DNA from: Octopus sinensis
Lineage: Eukaryota
Reading direction: 5' to 3'
Assembly: GCF_006345805.1 (NCBI RefSeq)
Contig: NC_043002.1
Coordinates: 78,492,001 to 78,556,000 of the forward strand
DNA length: 64,000 nt
A program made the position numbers and the translations under genes. The number at the start of each line of letters is the position of its first letter. Within the stretch, counting starts at the first letter, position 1. Of the stretch, positions 36,143 through 48,520 are shown piece after piece. The notes beneath the pieces are model-generated. The model saw only the letters and a list, made by a program, of their open reading frames with translations, was not told where the DNA came from and did no database searches.

Positions 36143-36805
36143 TAATAATCCTTTATACTATAGGCACAAGGCCTGAAATTTGGGGGAGGGGGTAGTTGAT
36201 TACATTGACCCCAGTGTTAAACTGGTACTTAATTTATCGACTCCGAAAGGATAAAAGGCAAAGTCGACCTCAGTTAAATTTGAACTCAGAACATAGCGAC
36301 AGACAAAATACTGTTAAGCATTTTCCCCAATGTGCTAACAACTCTGCCAGCTCGCCACCTTAATAATAATAATAATCAATTCTTTTTTATTGGCCACAAG
36401 GGCTGACACGCATGATTACATAAAGGGACAAGACAGGACGAAAGGTTACAAAGGGTTTTGCCTTTTTTTAAAAACATCGAGTAAAAATCTTTATAACAAC
36501 TTATAAAATTCAACAATGAAAAACTCCCAAAAGGGGGAGACGTCTCGAAAGGTTCCTGGTGGAAAAAACCCTACAAAAGCCAACGGGAGCCAATCATTTA
36601 TACTATAGGCACAAGGCCTGAAATTTGGGGGAGGGGGATAGTCGATTACATTGACTCCAGTGTTTCACTGGTACTTAATTTATCGACTCCGAAAGGATGA
36701 AAGGCAAAGTCGACCTCAGTGAAATTTGAACTCAGAACATAGTGACAGATAAAATGCCACTAAGCATTTTTCCCAATGTGCTAACAACTCTGCCAGCTCG
36801 CCACC

Positions 36806-36848
<43 letters not shown>

Positions 36849-37076
36849 TAATAATCCTTTATACTATAGGCACAAGGCCTGAAATTTGGGGGAGGGGGTA
36901 GTTGATTACATTGACCCCAGTGTTAAACTGGTACTTAATTTATCGACTCCGAAAGGATAAAAGGCAAAGTCGACCTCAGTTAAATTTGAACTCAGAACAT
37001 AGCGACAGACAAAATACTGTTAAGCATTTTCCCCAATGTGCTAACAACTCTGCCAGCTCGCCACCTTAATAATAAT
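35190..37076 (-). repeat. Head-to-tail array of about 7 family-B SINE units separated by (AAT)n
   Basis: Units of ~235-250 bp; 35889-36370 and 36592-37076 are essentially identical dimers. Confidence 0.9.
36377..36591 (-). mobile_element. 215-bp 3' end of a LINE (L1/Tx1-like by inference)
   Basis: Minus strand ends ...GTCCCTTTATG...CAGCCCTTGTGGCCAATAAAAAAGAA, abutting (ATT)n; resembles the tail of family-B SINEs at 48306-48520 and 54359-54590. Confidence 0.6.
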
Positions 37077-37865
37077 GATAATAATAATAACAATGATAAT
37101 AATAATAAAGAAGTTAAATAGGGTTCTTATTGCACCCAAATCTATCTTTTCATTTGTGACATTCCTTTTTGTAACCTTGGAAACTTGATTCTTTGTTTAC
37201 GATTCTTTGTAATCTTATGTCAGAGATATTTTACTTATGTTAGAGATATATGTTTGAGATGTGGGAAACTTTGCTAGACATTCCCGTGCCCTCTTTACCA
37301 AAGAGGATGCAAACATCTAAAATGGCAAGGCAGTCAGTTTTTCCATAAATGTGTTTGCAAGTACACTCATACATGCATGCGCACATTCAATGTACATGTG
37401 CAGCACAATGCATATACACATACACACATTTTTATCTGGGTAGATTCTCTTATGTCAGTCTCCTTGAACATTTAAAATTCTCCATCAGTTCATTTTCAAA
37501 CTCGGCAAAGAATTGTTGTTCAGACTCTCTTCAAGTCTGATTTAGGGAACCTGTTATCAAAGGCATTCCAGTCGTGTCAGTCGTACCATACTACATTATC
37601 TAATGTGGCCTTTATTTAGGTTAGTAGAGTGTGAATTGGGAGAGATTTGTCTGCTGTTTCTAGCATGCCAACTAACCATGTATAAAAGAAAAGTTGTTCC
37701 CTATATAATTAAATGAAAAAAAGTACTCAATACTGTTCAGTAGAGTGAGATGTTTAATCAGAGCTGAAATTTCCCAAACTGCTATTCAGCGTTTCATGAT
37801 TCATCAACCATCATGAAATGCAAAATTCTAAATAGTGACTGGGGAAATAGCAGGTTATATATATA

Positions 37866-38956
37866 TAACTTAGAATAACTTAGAAAGGTTTTGGCCAGTA
37901 TTGGCCCAGGCCATGTCTAACTTAATAGCACCACCTGGCGAAGTCTTTCAATTCAGGATTTGGGCACCAAGGCCCATTCGAGCAGAGAGTTATTGTTTGC
38001 GGAGACATATCCGGGTGTGGGTGGTTTGTCCGGGACTGTTTGAAGGAATTTGCCCAAAGACTTTTTGAATTTTGTGTGGTCAGTTTCTTTTTTGACGTGT
38101 CCTGGTGTAATGTTGAAGAGAGCGGGTCCAATTGAGGTGAAATAGTTGTGCCGTATTGTTGTTATGTGATGCGATTTAGATTTTTGTTGTGGACGGATGG
38201 CACGTGGTCCAAGCCTTGGATGTATTTTGAAGGTGATGCCAACATCATTTGGACAGTGCTGATGGAATATTTTCCACATCATACAGATAATGTAGCGTTC
38301 ACGGCGTCGTTGGAGTGAATACAGTTTCAGCTTCTCTAGTCTACCCCAGTAGTCAAGGTCTGACATGCCATCTATCTTTTTTGTGATTGACCTTTGGGGA
38401 GCTTCAATTCTCATAATATTTTGTTTTGTGTAGGGAGACCACAGTGGACAGCAGTATTCAAGGTGGGGTCGGGCAAAAGTGGAGAAGAGAAGGATAATAG
38501 TGTGGGAATCTCTCGACTGGAAGGTTCTGAGAATCCAGGAACACATTCTGCAGGCCATGTCAACTTTGCTGCTTATATGTGTAGCCCAGCTTATGTTGTT
38601 GTCCACTGTTACTCCCAAGTCTCTGATGTTGTTGGATGCCATGAGAATTTCTCCAGAAGGAAGGGAGTATGAGAGTTTCAGAGCGTCCTCCCTTCCAAAG
38701 TGGATCAGTTCGAATTTGTCTTCGTTTAGCAACATGTTATTCTTTTCTGCCCATTGGACAACAGCCAGTAGGTCTGACTGAAGGCTTATTTGGTCATCCA
38801 TGCCATTGATGACCTTCTGGAGCTTGGAATCATCAGCGAAGGTTCTGATGTTACTGTGTTTGATGGTGTCAGTAATATCATTTATGTAGATGATGAAGAG
38901 AAGTGGGCCCAACACAGTGCCTTGTGGGACACCACTGCTGACTTTGGCTGGGCTGG
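37866..38956 (-). mobile_element. 5'-truncated CR1-like LINE with an uninterrupted RT C-terminal ORF (stop at 37953-37955)
   Basis: GVPQGTVLGPLLFIIYIND, FADDSKL, LEKLKLYSLQRRRERY; tail (TTCTAAGTTA)2; (TA)n at both ends. Confidence 0.93.
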
Positions 38957-39911
38957 ATATATATATATATATATGAAGAAAGAGAAAGACACACACACAA
39001 TATAATAAGATATGTGAATAGAGTGGAGATGTTCAAATTATGCTAAGCACTTTTCCATAGTATTGTTATTTATTTGTTCATTAATGTATTACCATTTCAT
39101 CAGGTATTTTGAACAATTGACAGGCAAAATTGATCTCTATATCATAATTTTAACAACATTGGTTATATTTTTTTTGTATTTTACACTGTATTAAATGTGT
39201 AGCATTTGTTGCTGTATACATAGGATTTATGGAATACTTAATATAATTTAACTAACTAATATTGTGTTGCCTGTCTGTTTTGATTGGTTGATAGAGATTG
39301 TTGCCAAGATTATTGAGATCCTCACTACTTGAGATATATCACCCATACCAACATGGAAGGTGGATGTTAAACAATGGTGATGATGATGAAAACTATCATC
39401 ATCATCATTTTACTGTCCACTTTTCCATGCTTGCATGGGTTGGACAGAGTTTATTGAAGCTAATTTTCTAGAGTCAGATGCCCTTCCTGTCATCAACCCT
39501 CACCTGTTTCCATCAAGGTAATATTTCCACATAACTAGCCATGTTTTTTCACACATCCTCTTCATTAATACCCGTTTCTCATTATCATGCAGTGTTGCAT
39601 TTTGTACATAAGCAACAAATAACCTATCCTTTGCTTGAAGAGAGAACCTCCTTGTTTCCAGCAGAGGTAGTAACTCCTTGAACCCCTCTTACCCTGTTCT
39701 TATATTGGTTACTATGCTTTCAGAGCACCCTCCCCCATATTGATTAGGTTGCTTTGATAACATACCATAAAAACCCATGTAATTTATACGCTTTTTTTTG
39801 CAAAAATAAAAATAAACTTTAGTGGGTGCATAAATTACATGAGATCATTTCCAGAATTATTTTTGAAATTTAATGTCAGAATAGGTTTTTACACAACAAA
39901 TAATGGCTTAA

Positions 39912-40133
39912 CCCTTTCGTTACTGTATTTATTTTGAGATGCTCTGTGTTTCTTTCAATTAATTTTAAATATAACAAAGAATTTAGTGAAATAACTTAGT
40001 TATCATTCAGCTAGTGTTAGGAACATAAATTGTGACTAAGGTTTAGCAGAAGATTTTAATTCAGAACTTACGAAAACAAGATATTTGTACTACAGAGCCA
40101 GAGCCGGTTATGGCTGGGTTGATAACAAAAGGG
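39912..40133 (-). mobile_element. piggyBac-type MITE (family 1)
   Basis: TTAA duplicated (39908-11, 40134-37); the paralogous element has a single TTAA at this site (GCTTAAATATAATGAAG, ~58966). Confidence 0.95.
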
Positions 40134-40649
40134 TTAAATATAATGAAGTTGACTTTTATTTATGTTGGACGGTATAAAGCTTACTTTTCTGTATACATTT
40201 ACTAAAACCATTAAATGGTTAACTACTTTTTGAAGTCTGACCTTCATGATGGTAAACATGGTGCGGGCCATATTTTACATTGTTTGGAGTTTCTACCAAT
40301 CGCAATGGATCACCACTGACATACATAGTGATATGGATATTCCTGACTGAAAAAATGTAATGATATGGATAATCTTCATTGTATGTTTCTATTTTTGTCT
40401 GTTTATTACTAGGCACAGTTTTAAGTTTGTCGTACTGTTTACACCAATTTCAAACGTTGGCTTCATTAACATTAAAATGCCTTCTGGCAACTCTATTGCT
40501 ATGTTCAAATACATATTCAACATATTTAATTCGCAGTAAATGATTCATAAGTTCTGCCCATGCTGACAATAACAGTAAAGACAAATTTTAAAGTTTGCTT
40601 GACATTTTACAAGTGTGAAAGGGATTAAAATTTCAGTACTCCATATCAA

Positions 40650-43248
40650 CTGGGGTCTGGGGAGCCCGAAAGCTGCACCAGTCCAGTCAGATCTGGCAGT
40701 GTTTCTACAGCTGGATGCCCTTCCTAACGCCAACCACTCCGAGAGTGTAGTGGGTGATTTTATGTGCCACCGACACAGGTGCCAGACGAGGCTGGCAAAC
40801 GGCCACGCTCGGATGGTGTTTTTTATGTGCCACCGACACAGGTGCCAGACGAGGCTGGCAGATGGTCACGCTCGGATGGTGTTTTTTATGTGCCACCGAC
40901 ACAGGTGCCAGATGAGGCTGGCAAAACGGCCACGATCGGATGGTGCTTGTTACGTGCCCACAGCACGGAGGCCAGTCGATGCGGTACTGGCTACGGCCAC
41001 GTTCGGATGGTTTTCTTGTGTGCCACGTGCCACCGGCACTGGTACCACAAGGATACAATTCCATTGATGTTCATCTATTTTGATTTGTTTTGATTTGATT
41101 TTCACTTGCCTCAACAGGTCTTCACAAGTGTCACAAGAAGGAAGGTATGCACAGGTGGACTGACTACGTCCCAGGTAGGGGCCATGGGTTATGGCCTGAC
41201 TAGTCTTGCCGGGTCTTCGGATGGTGTTTTTTATGTGCCACCGACACAGGTGCTAGACGAGGCTGGCGAACGGCCACGATCGGATGGGGTTTGTCATGTG
41301 CCCACCGCACTGACTACAGCACTGATGGATTTCTTGTGTGCCACAGGCACTGGTACCACAAGATACAAATTCCATTGATGTTCATCTATTTGTCTATTTT
41401 GATTTGATTTGATTTGATTTGATTTTCACTTGCCTCAACCGGTCTTCACAGGTGTCACAAGAGGAAGGTATGCACAGGTGGACTGACTAGTCTTGCCGGG
41501 TCTTCGGAAGGTGTTTTTATGTGCCACCGACACAGGTGCCAGATGAGGCTGGTGAACGGCCATGATCGGATGGTGTTTGTTACGTGCCCACAGCACGGAG
41601 GCCGGTCAATGCGGAACTGGCTACGGACACGTTCGGATGGTTCTCTTGTGTGCCACCGACACTGGTACCACAAAGATACAGATTCCATTGATGTTCATCT
41701 ATTTTGATTTGTTTTGATTTTCACTTGCCTCAACAGGTCTTCACAAGTGTCGCAAGAAGGAAGGTATGTACAGGTGGACTGACTACGTCCCAGGTAGGGC
41801 CCACGAGTTCACAAGTGTCGCAAGAAGGAAGGCATGTACAGGTGGACTGACTACGTCCCAGGTAGGGCCCACGGGTTATGACCTGACTAGTCTTGCCGGG
41901 TCTTCGGATGGTGTTTTTATGTGCCACCATGTTCCCACATCACGGAGGCGAGTCGACGCGGTACTGGCTACGGCCACGTTCGGATGGATTTCTTGTGTGC
42001 CACAGGCACTGGTACCACAAAGATACAAATTCCATTGATGTTCATCTATTTTGATTGATTTTCACTTGCCTCAGCAGGTCTTCACAAGTGTCACAAGAAG
42101 GAAGGTATGCACAGGTGGATCGACTACGTCCCAGGTAGGGGCCACGGGATATGGCCTGACTAGTCCTGCCGGGTCCTCTCATGCACAGCACACTTCCATA
42201 GGACTCGGTCTTCAGTCATTTCCTTGGTGAGACCTAAAGTTCGAAGGTCGTGCTTCACCACCCGTCCCAGGTTTTCCTGGGTCTACCTCTTCCACAGGTT
42301 CCCTCAACTGCTAGGGTGTAGCACTTTGCACACAACTATCTTCAGCCATTCTCGTCACATGACCATACCAGCGCAGCCGTCTCTCTTGCACACCACAACT
42401 GACACTTCTTAGGTTCAACTTTTCTCTCAAAGTACTTACACACTCTGACGATTATGAACACTGACATTACACATCCATCGGAGCATACTGGCTTCATTTC
42501 TTGCAAGCTTACGCATATCCTCAGCTGTCACGGCCCATGTTTCACTACCATGTAGCATGGCTGTACGTACACACGCATCATATAGTCTGCCTTTTACTCT
42601 TAGCGAGAGGCCTTTTGTCACCAGCAGGGGTAAGAGCTCTCTAAACTTTGCCCAGGCTATTCTTACTCTAGCAGTTACACTTTCAGCACACCCACCTCCG
42701 CTACTGACTTGGTCTCCTAGGTAGCGGAAGCTATCAACTACTTCTAGTTTGTCTCCTGGAACGTGGTAGAAGTTGGTCTCTGCACATTTCCAGTGTTTAT
42801 TTCTCTTGAGCATCTGCCACAGACAAAACTATTGTCTTAGTTAGCCTTCCTTTTTTGACATTGCTGCACCTCTTATGTGTCCATAGCTTACACTTGGTGC
42901 ACCTTATAGAGTTTCTACCTACACCTTTTTTACAGATCGAGCAGGGCCATCTACCTGAAGTCGTTTGTGGTTGGTCCACCTTCCTACTTATTAGGACTTT
43001 GGTTTTGGCTAGGTTGATTCTAAGGCCCTTCGATTCTAATCCTTGTTTCCACACCTGAAACTTCTCCTCCAGTTCTGATAGTGACTCAGCAATTAGAGCA
43101 AGGTCATCAGCATATAGGAGCTCCCATGGGCATCCTGTCTTAAATTCTTCCGTTATTGCCTGGAGGACTATGATAAATAGGAGGGGGCTGAGGACTGAAC
43201 CTTGGTGGACCCCAACCTCTACCCGGAATTCTTCACTGTACTCGTTAC
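40650..43248 (-). mobile_element. 5'-truncated RTE LINE: RT C-half, PHD-like finger, C-terminus and tandemly amplified 3' UTR
   Basis: GVHQGSVLSPLLFIIV, LLYADDLAL, CSICKKG..NSIRCTKCKLWTHKRC, FRYLGD, LHGSETW; at least three frameshifts; terminal tail deleted. Confidence 0.93.
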
Positions 43249-43689
43249 TTGTGCATATTCATCAGCTTTGTTTTTGTTGGTAATTCTTATCAACAACTTT
43301 TCCTGTGATCAGGATTAGAGAAGACATACAGCAGTATGCTAAAGATCGGACATAATCTCTTGTGGGCAAGAAATGTAAAATAAAGTTTATTATAAACAAC
43401 ACAAACACTTTGTAATTCAATAGCTTTTAATGTGATACCTGTTAAACAGCAATTATTTTTATTCAATGAAAATTTAATAAAATCTAATCCTAAGTAAGTG
43501 AAATTATGCTAAATTGAAAACCTTTTCCCCCTAGCCATATTGGCAATTCTGAAAACTTTTGGGTGTGAATTTTATAGGAGTAGAAGCTTTTTTTTAACAA
43601 ATTTTATCCTGAAAATCACCTGTGTAAATTACACAGGTGTGCAAATTACATGGGTTCTTACAGCAATTTAATTTAGTTAATCCTCTGTT

Positions 43690-44531
43690 CATCACCCAGA
43701 TGTCCTACCTCAAATGCTTCAAAATGTCGCAGTAGAACTCTTGTTCGACAGTCTGGCCTTGTGATATCAATCATACTCTTGATAGAATTGCAGTTCTGTC
43801 ATACCTTCTTTGGTTATGGAGATAAAGGCCTCTTCCATTGTGATGACTGCATCACTAGACCCAACTCTTATCACTGGTGATGATCCTTGACATGAAGGAT
43901 GGGTCATCAGTGGTGCGCTGATGGAGATCTTGACAGACTTCAATGCAATGTTCTTTCTGCTCACAGGCAAGATACAAATTTGACAGAGACATGCCACATG
44001 TTCAGTTCAGATGTTAGGATTGCCTGCATGGACCCATACAACAGACCAACAATATCAGTAATGTTGTTGATTGTCTTCTGACGATCCTATTGCACAGGCT
44101 GATGAACTTTCTTCATATTTCTAGGGGTGACGCTTGTAGCAGGTCTATCAGATCATTCATCGTCTTCCAAGGGTATTCTTCCACTTTTGAAGCACCTGTG
44201 CTACTTGAAACATTGTATATGATCCATTGCCTCATCACCATAAGCTTGCCGAAGCATGCTCAATGTCTCTGTTGCAGACTTCCCAAATTTAACGCAAAAT
44301 TTCATGTTGGATTTTTGTTCCAACTTCCTCTCCATGACAGAATCGCAGACTACAACATACACATGATCACAAAAATACAAATTTCACAACTTGCAAAGTA
44401 CACACAATGATGTCACTCAGCACACTGCCTCATAAAGGTCACTGCTAGCTCTCACTGCACATGCAACTATATGCTGCTGTCTGTTGGAGCACTGCAGAAC
44501 TAGTCCAAGAGCTTTTTGATACCACCTCATA
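43690..44531 (-). pseudogene. mariner transposase relic
   Basis: MERKLEQKSNMKFCVKFGKSATETLSMLRQAYGDEAM..., ITSDKSWV (ITGDE.WV motif), GQTVEQEFY; 5' TIR TATGAGGTGGTATCAAAAAG; multiple stops. Confidence 0.85.
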
Positions 44532-44958
44532 ACCTTGTTTGTCTTTGGGCACCAAGTGTCCATTGTTGTATAAGTCTCTTTTTTTTTGTGTCAATAACAT
44601 AACTTATACTGTTCTTTTGTTAAACATTGGAGATTATCTTTAAAGCTTTACTGTACAATTTACAAATTTAAGCAGCTGTAGAACTTTATATGGTGCTGTT
44701 TCCTTATCTATTTATTCATTCAATAAGAATTTTATCATTTTATTATTACATTTATAAAAGGAAGCTATTACTAATTTTTAAAAAATGTCACTTTTCAACC
44801 TTTCAGTAGAAAAGTGATAAATTGAGCATTATAATCAGATACACAAGCAAATACAGAGCAATGATTTGGAAGCTAAGTCATTTAGAAGAATGCTGCTCCA
44901 ACATTAGATGATGTACACAGAACTTATAATTAGTTTTTTACTTGAAGCCTAAATCATA

Positions 44959-45288
44959 TCTATAAAAGGCACGATGTGTGTGCGTGTGTGAAAATCGTGC
45001 GAGTGTTAATCTACAAATTTAACAACATATTTTCCATTCATTTTTGTTTATGAACATGTATGCATGCACAAAACATGCAATAGGTGTACGTACGTGTGTG
45101 TATGTGTGTTCGTGTCTGTTGCCCATATATATATTTATATTATATTATATATATATATAATATAACTAATTTCAACGGATTTTGCCCAAATCTGACATCT
45201 ATATTACTTAGTTTGGTTTGAAATAAAGAACTTGATTAGCTTAATAATTATAACTTAATCCCGGGCAAGGCCCGGGTTATACTGCTAG
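44959..45288 (+). mobile_element. Non-autonomous Helitron (~330 bp)
   Basis: A|TC 5' end (44954 is an alternative start); hairpin CCCGGGC-AAG-GCCCGGG (45260-45276); CTAG|T 3' end 8 nt later; no TSD. Confidence 0.8.
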
Positions 45289-46819
45289 TCATGAGTTATT
45301 TCATGACAACTAGAAGTCCTATATAATACCTAGAGCTTAAAAAGTTAATAATTTATAAAGCCTAGTGTCTGATGTGGCATGCTACTAAATTAATCCAACC
45401 TTTCATCATCTGATACAAGATCACCTCCTCCAATGCCCCCACCTCCCCATCCTTCAAGGTTCTTGGTCTTGCAAGTTACTTGGTGACCCTACCAGTGCTG
45501 GTGCGACGTAAAAAGCATCCAGTCCACATTGTAAAGTGGTTGTTGTTTGGAATGGCATCCAGCTTTAAAACCATGCCAAAACTGACCTTGCCTGTGCTGG
45601 TGCCACGTAAAAAAAAAAAAACCCAGTCCACTCTATGGGATGGCTGGTGTCAGGAAGGGCATCCAGCTGTAAAAACTGTGCCACAACAGACACAGAAGTC
45701 TGGTGCAGTCTTCTGCCTGGTCAGCTCCTGTTAAACTGTCCAACCCATGCCAGCATGGAAGGCAGACATTAAACAATAATGATAATGATGACTGGTGTCA
45801 GTGCAGTTTAGGGAGTTTATGAACATTTGTTTTAGAGTCAAAATTTTAGGGTGTTGCACTCATGATTGCAAGATTGTGATTTCAGTTTTTGGACTGAGTG
45901 GTGCATCGTGTCCTTGAACAAACCACTGCATTTCATGTTGTTCCAGCCCACTCAGTTGTAAAAGAGTAATTCCTGTGACAGACTGGCATCCCATTCAGTG
46001 GCTATGTTGTGATCTCACTTACATATCATGGAAACTAGGCAACCAGCCCTATGAGTCCTGGGACTTGAGACAGTTATGTCTAGGAGTTGATAATTTCATT
46101 CTGTTGGAGTTGGATATATTCTAGTATTAAATTGGAGTCGACTTAATTTGACCCCTACTTTACTGCTGAGAAAATAAACTTCTTTCTCAACAGGAGTGGC
46201 TGTGTGGTAAGTAGCTTGCTTACCAACCACATAGTTCCGGGTTCAGTCTCACTGCGTGGCACCTTGGGCCAACAGAAGCCTTGTGAGTGGATTTGGTGGA
46301 TGGAAACTGAAAGAAACCCGTCGTATATATATATATGTGTTTGTGTGTCTGTGTTTGTCCCCCCAACATTTCTTGCCAACCAATGCTGGTGTGTTTTCAC
46401 CCCCGTAACTTAGCAGTTTGGCAAAAATACACTGATAGAATAAGTGCTAAGCTTACAAAGAATAAGTCCTGGGGTTGATTTCCTCGACTAAAGGCAGTGC
46501 TCCAGCATAGCCACAGTCAAATGACTGAAACAAGTAAAAGAGTAAAATAGTAAAGAGTATATAATAAGAAAAAAACTCTATTGATTAAAATGAAATATAA
46601 AGTTAATGTTACATTTTCATTCTTTAACTTCTCTACTGTTCTACTTAGTTTTTTTTTGAAAATTGTTTTTCTGCAATATCGTCTTCCACTGGGGGTAATT
46701 ATTTCATTATCAGCTTATTCTTTTATGATCTATATTTCTTTTTAAATAGACATTGCAAATTCCCTCAGGAATTACTCTTAAAGAAACTGGATTATACATT
46801 GTCTACTGAAATAAATTTT

Positions 46820-47065
46820 CCTTTTTCATCATCATCATCATTATCACCAGTAGCAACACCACCATCATTACCACCACCACCACCACCACCACTACCAATA
46901 ACACACTACCACTACCACCACAATTGTCATTACCACCACTGTCAACCCCCCCACTACCAACACTACCACCATCTTCATTATCACTCCAGTAGTAGCACCA
47001 CCACCATCACCTCCACCACTGCCATGATTATCATCATCACTGTTATCATTGTCATTACCACCAGT
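46820..47065. repeat. (CAC/CAT/TAC)n low-complexity tract
   Basis: Read directly from the sequence. Confidence 0.9.
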
Positions 47066-48305
47066 ACACTAGTGATTCCCATCAAAGAATTGTCTCGACT
47101 AAGTCATTGAAATGGTAGGTTGTTTGGTACTACATCTGTCTGATATCTAGGTCTACTACGCCAATATTTTTTGAGAATTTGATTTAACACACTCACATAT
47201 ATATCATCATCATCTTAATGTTCACCTTTCCATGCTTGCAAGGGGCAGATCTTCTACAGCCAGATGCTCTTCCTGTTGCCAACTCTTGCCTTTTTCCAAG
47301 CAAGGTAATATTTTCCCATAGCCAGACATATTCTTGAGAAGTAGTGGAAATGAATGAGACCGCTTATGTGACAGTGAGACTCATTTGTAGCTGTCACACA
47401 TTGTCAAAATGGGGAGACACAAATACTCCCCACTAATCCCTGCCACACATGCACACACATGAATATGCTAAGAAGCTGTTGCTGTATGCATTATGAATCT
47501 AGTAGTGAAAAGTCGAAATGGAACATGGAAGTGATTAATGGAAAAATACAGAGGACAAATCAACAAGGAAATCCACTCATCAGCTATGGAGACCAAACTC
47601 AGTTGCAGTTTTAGCACATTTAAAATGCAAAGACCCTAAATTCTTCTTGTTGCATCTCTGATATCGAAAATATCACTGAGGTGATGGACAAACAAGGATT
47701 ACTACATACAAATGAGAGTAAACTATGAGACAAACAATGAATACAGTAACAGAATATCAATATATATTCATTCAACATGTGCAACTGTTAATTCAGGCAT
47801 GTTTTTCTTGTACATACATACACATACAAGGGATAATTTTTCAACTAGGTACAAGAAAAATAAAACTCACTTAACTGTAGTGCAAAAGAAAGAGACTAAG
47901 GTCCAATACACTAGGTGACCTGGAATTTGGTGGTGGTGTTAAACCAAGTGGCAAATTAAGTTTGACATCCTTGTAGAGGAGACATGTCCTTCTGATAGGC
48001 TTTTGAACAGTTTCTGTCTACTAAAGAAAATTTCACTCACAAGGCTTTGGTCGACTCATGTCTGTGGTAGAAGTTATTTGCTCAAGGTGTTGCACAATGG
48101 GATTGTGTCTGAAATTTCATAGTTGCAAAGCTGTATCCATACCCATTCAAGCATCTAAGAAAGATCTGTCAGTTTTAGCTTCACTTTTTTTTTTTATTTC
48201 TTTTGGTTTGGTCTGAAAAAAGGGGCTGTGTCCATTACCTTCACAAGCCCTTCATGACCTGTGAAATAGAAGTAGTTAATGTTCCTTTTGAGAAGTTGGG
48301 AGTTG

Positions 48306-48520
48306 GCAGAAACGTTAGCACGCCGGGCGAAATGCTTAGCGATATTTCATCTGCCGTTACATTCTGAGTTCAAATTCTGCCGAGGTCGACTTTGCCTTTC
48401 ATCCTTTCAGGGTCGATAAATTAAGTACCAGTTACGTACTGGGGTCGATGTAATCGACTTAATCCCTTTGTCCTTGTTTGTCCCCTCTATGTTTAGCCCC
48501 TTGTGGGCAATAAAGAAATA
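48306..48520 (+). mobile_element. Family-B SINE with LINE-type tail and 15-bp TSD AGAAGTTGGGAGTTG
   Basis: TSD at 48291-48305 and 48521-48535; tail GCCCCTTGTGGGCAATAAAGAAATA. Confidence 0.88.

Larger units (their letters stand above)
39765..43663 (-). mobile_element. pogo/Tc2-type non-autonomous element (copy 1), interrupted by a MITE and an RTE LINE
   Basis: TA + CCATAAAAACCCATGTAATTT left end; decayed right TIR; colinear with 58759-60084 outside the insertions. Confidence 0.88.

Noticed and set aside
46799-47110. Poly-Pro/His/Thr ORF
   Set aside because: Translation of a trinucleotide low-complexity tract.
47566-47590. Minus-strand CTGATGA-GTGG hammerhead start
   Set aside because: Truncated before stem II closes; no GAAA or cleavage site.
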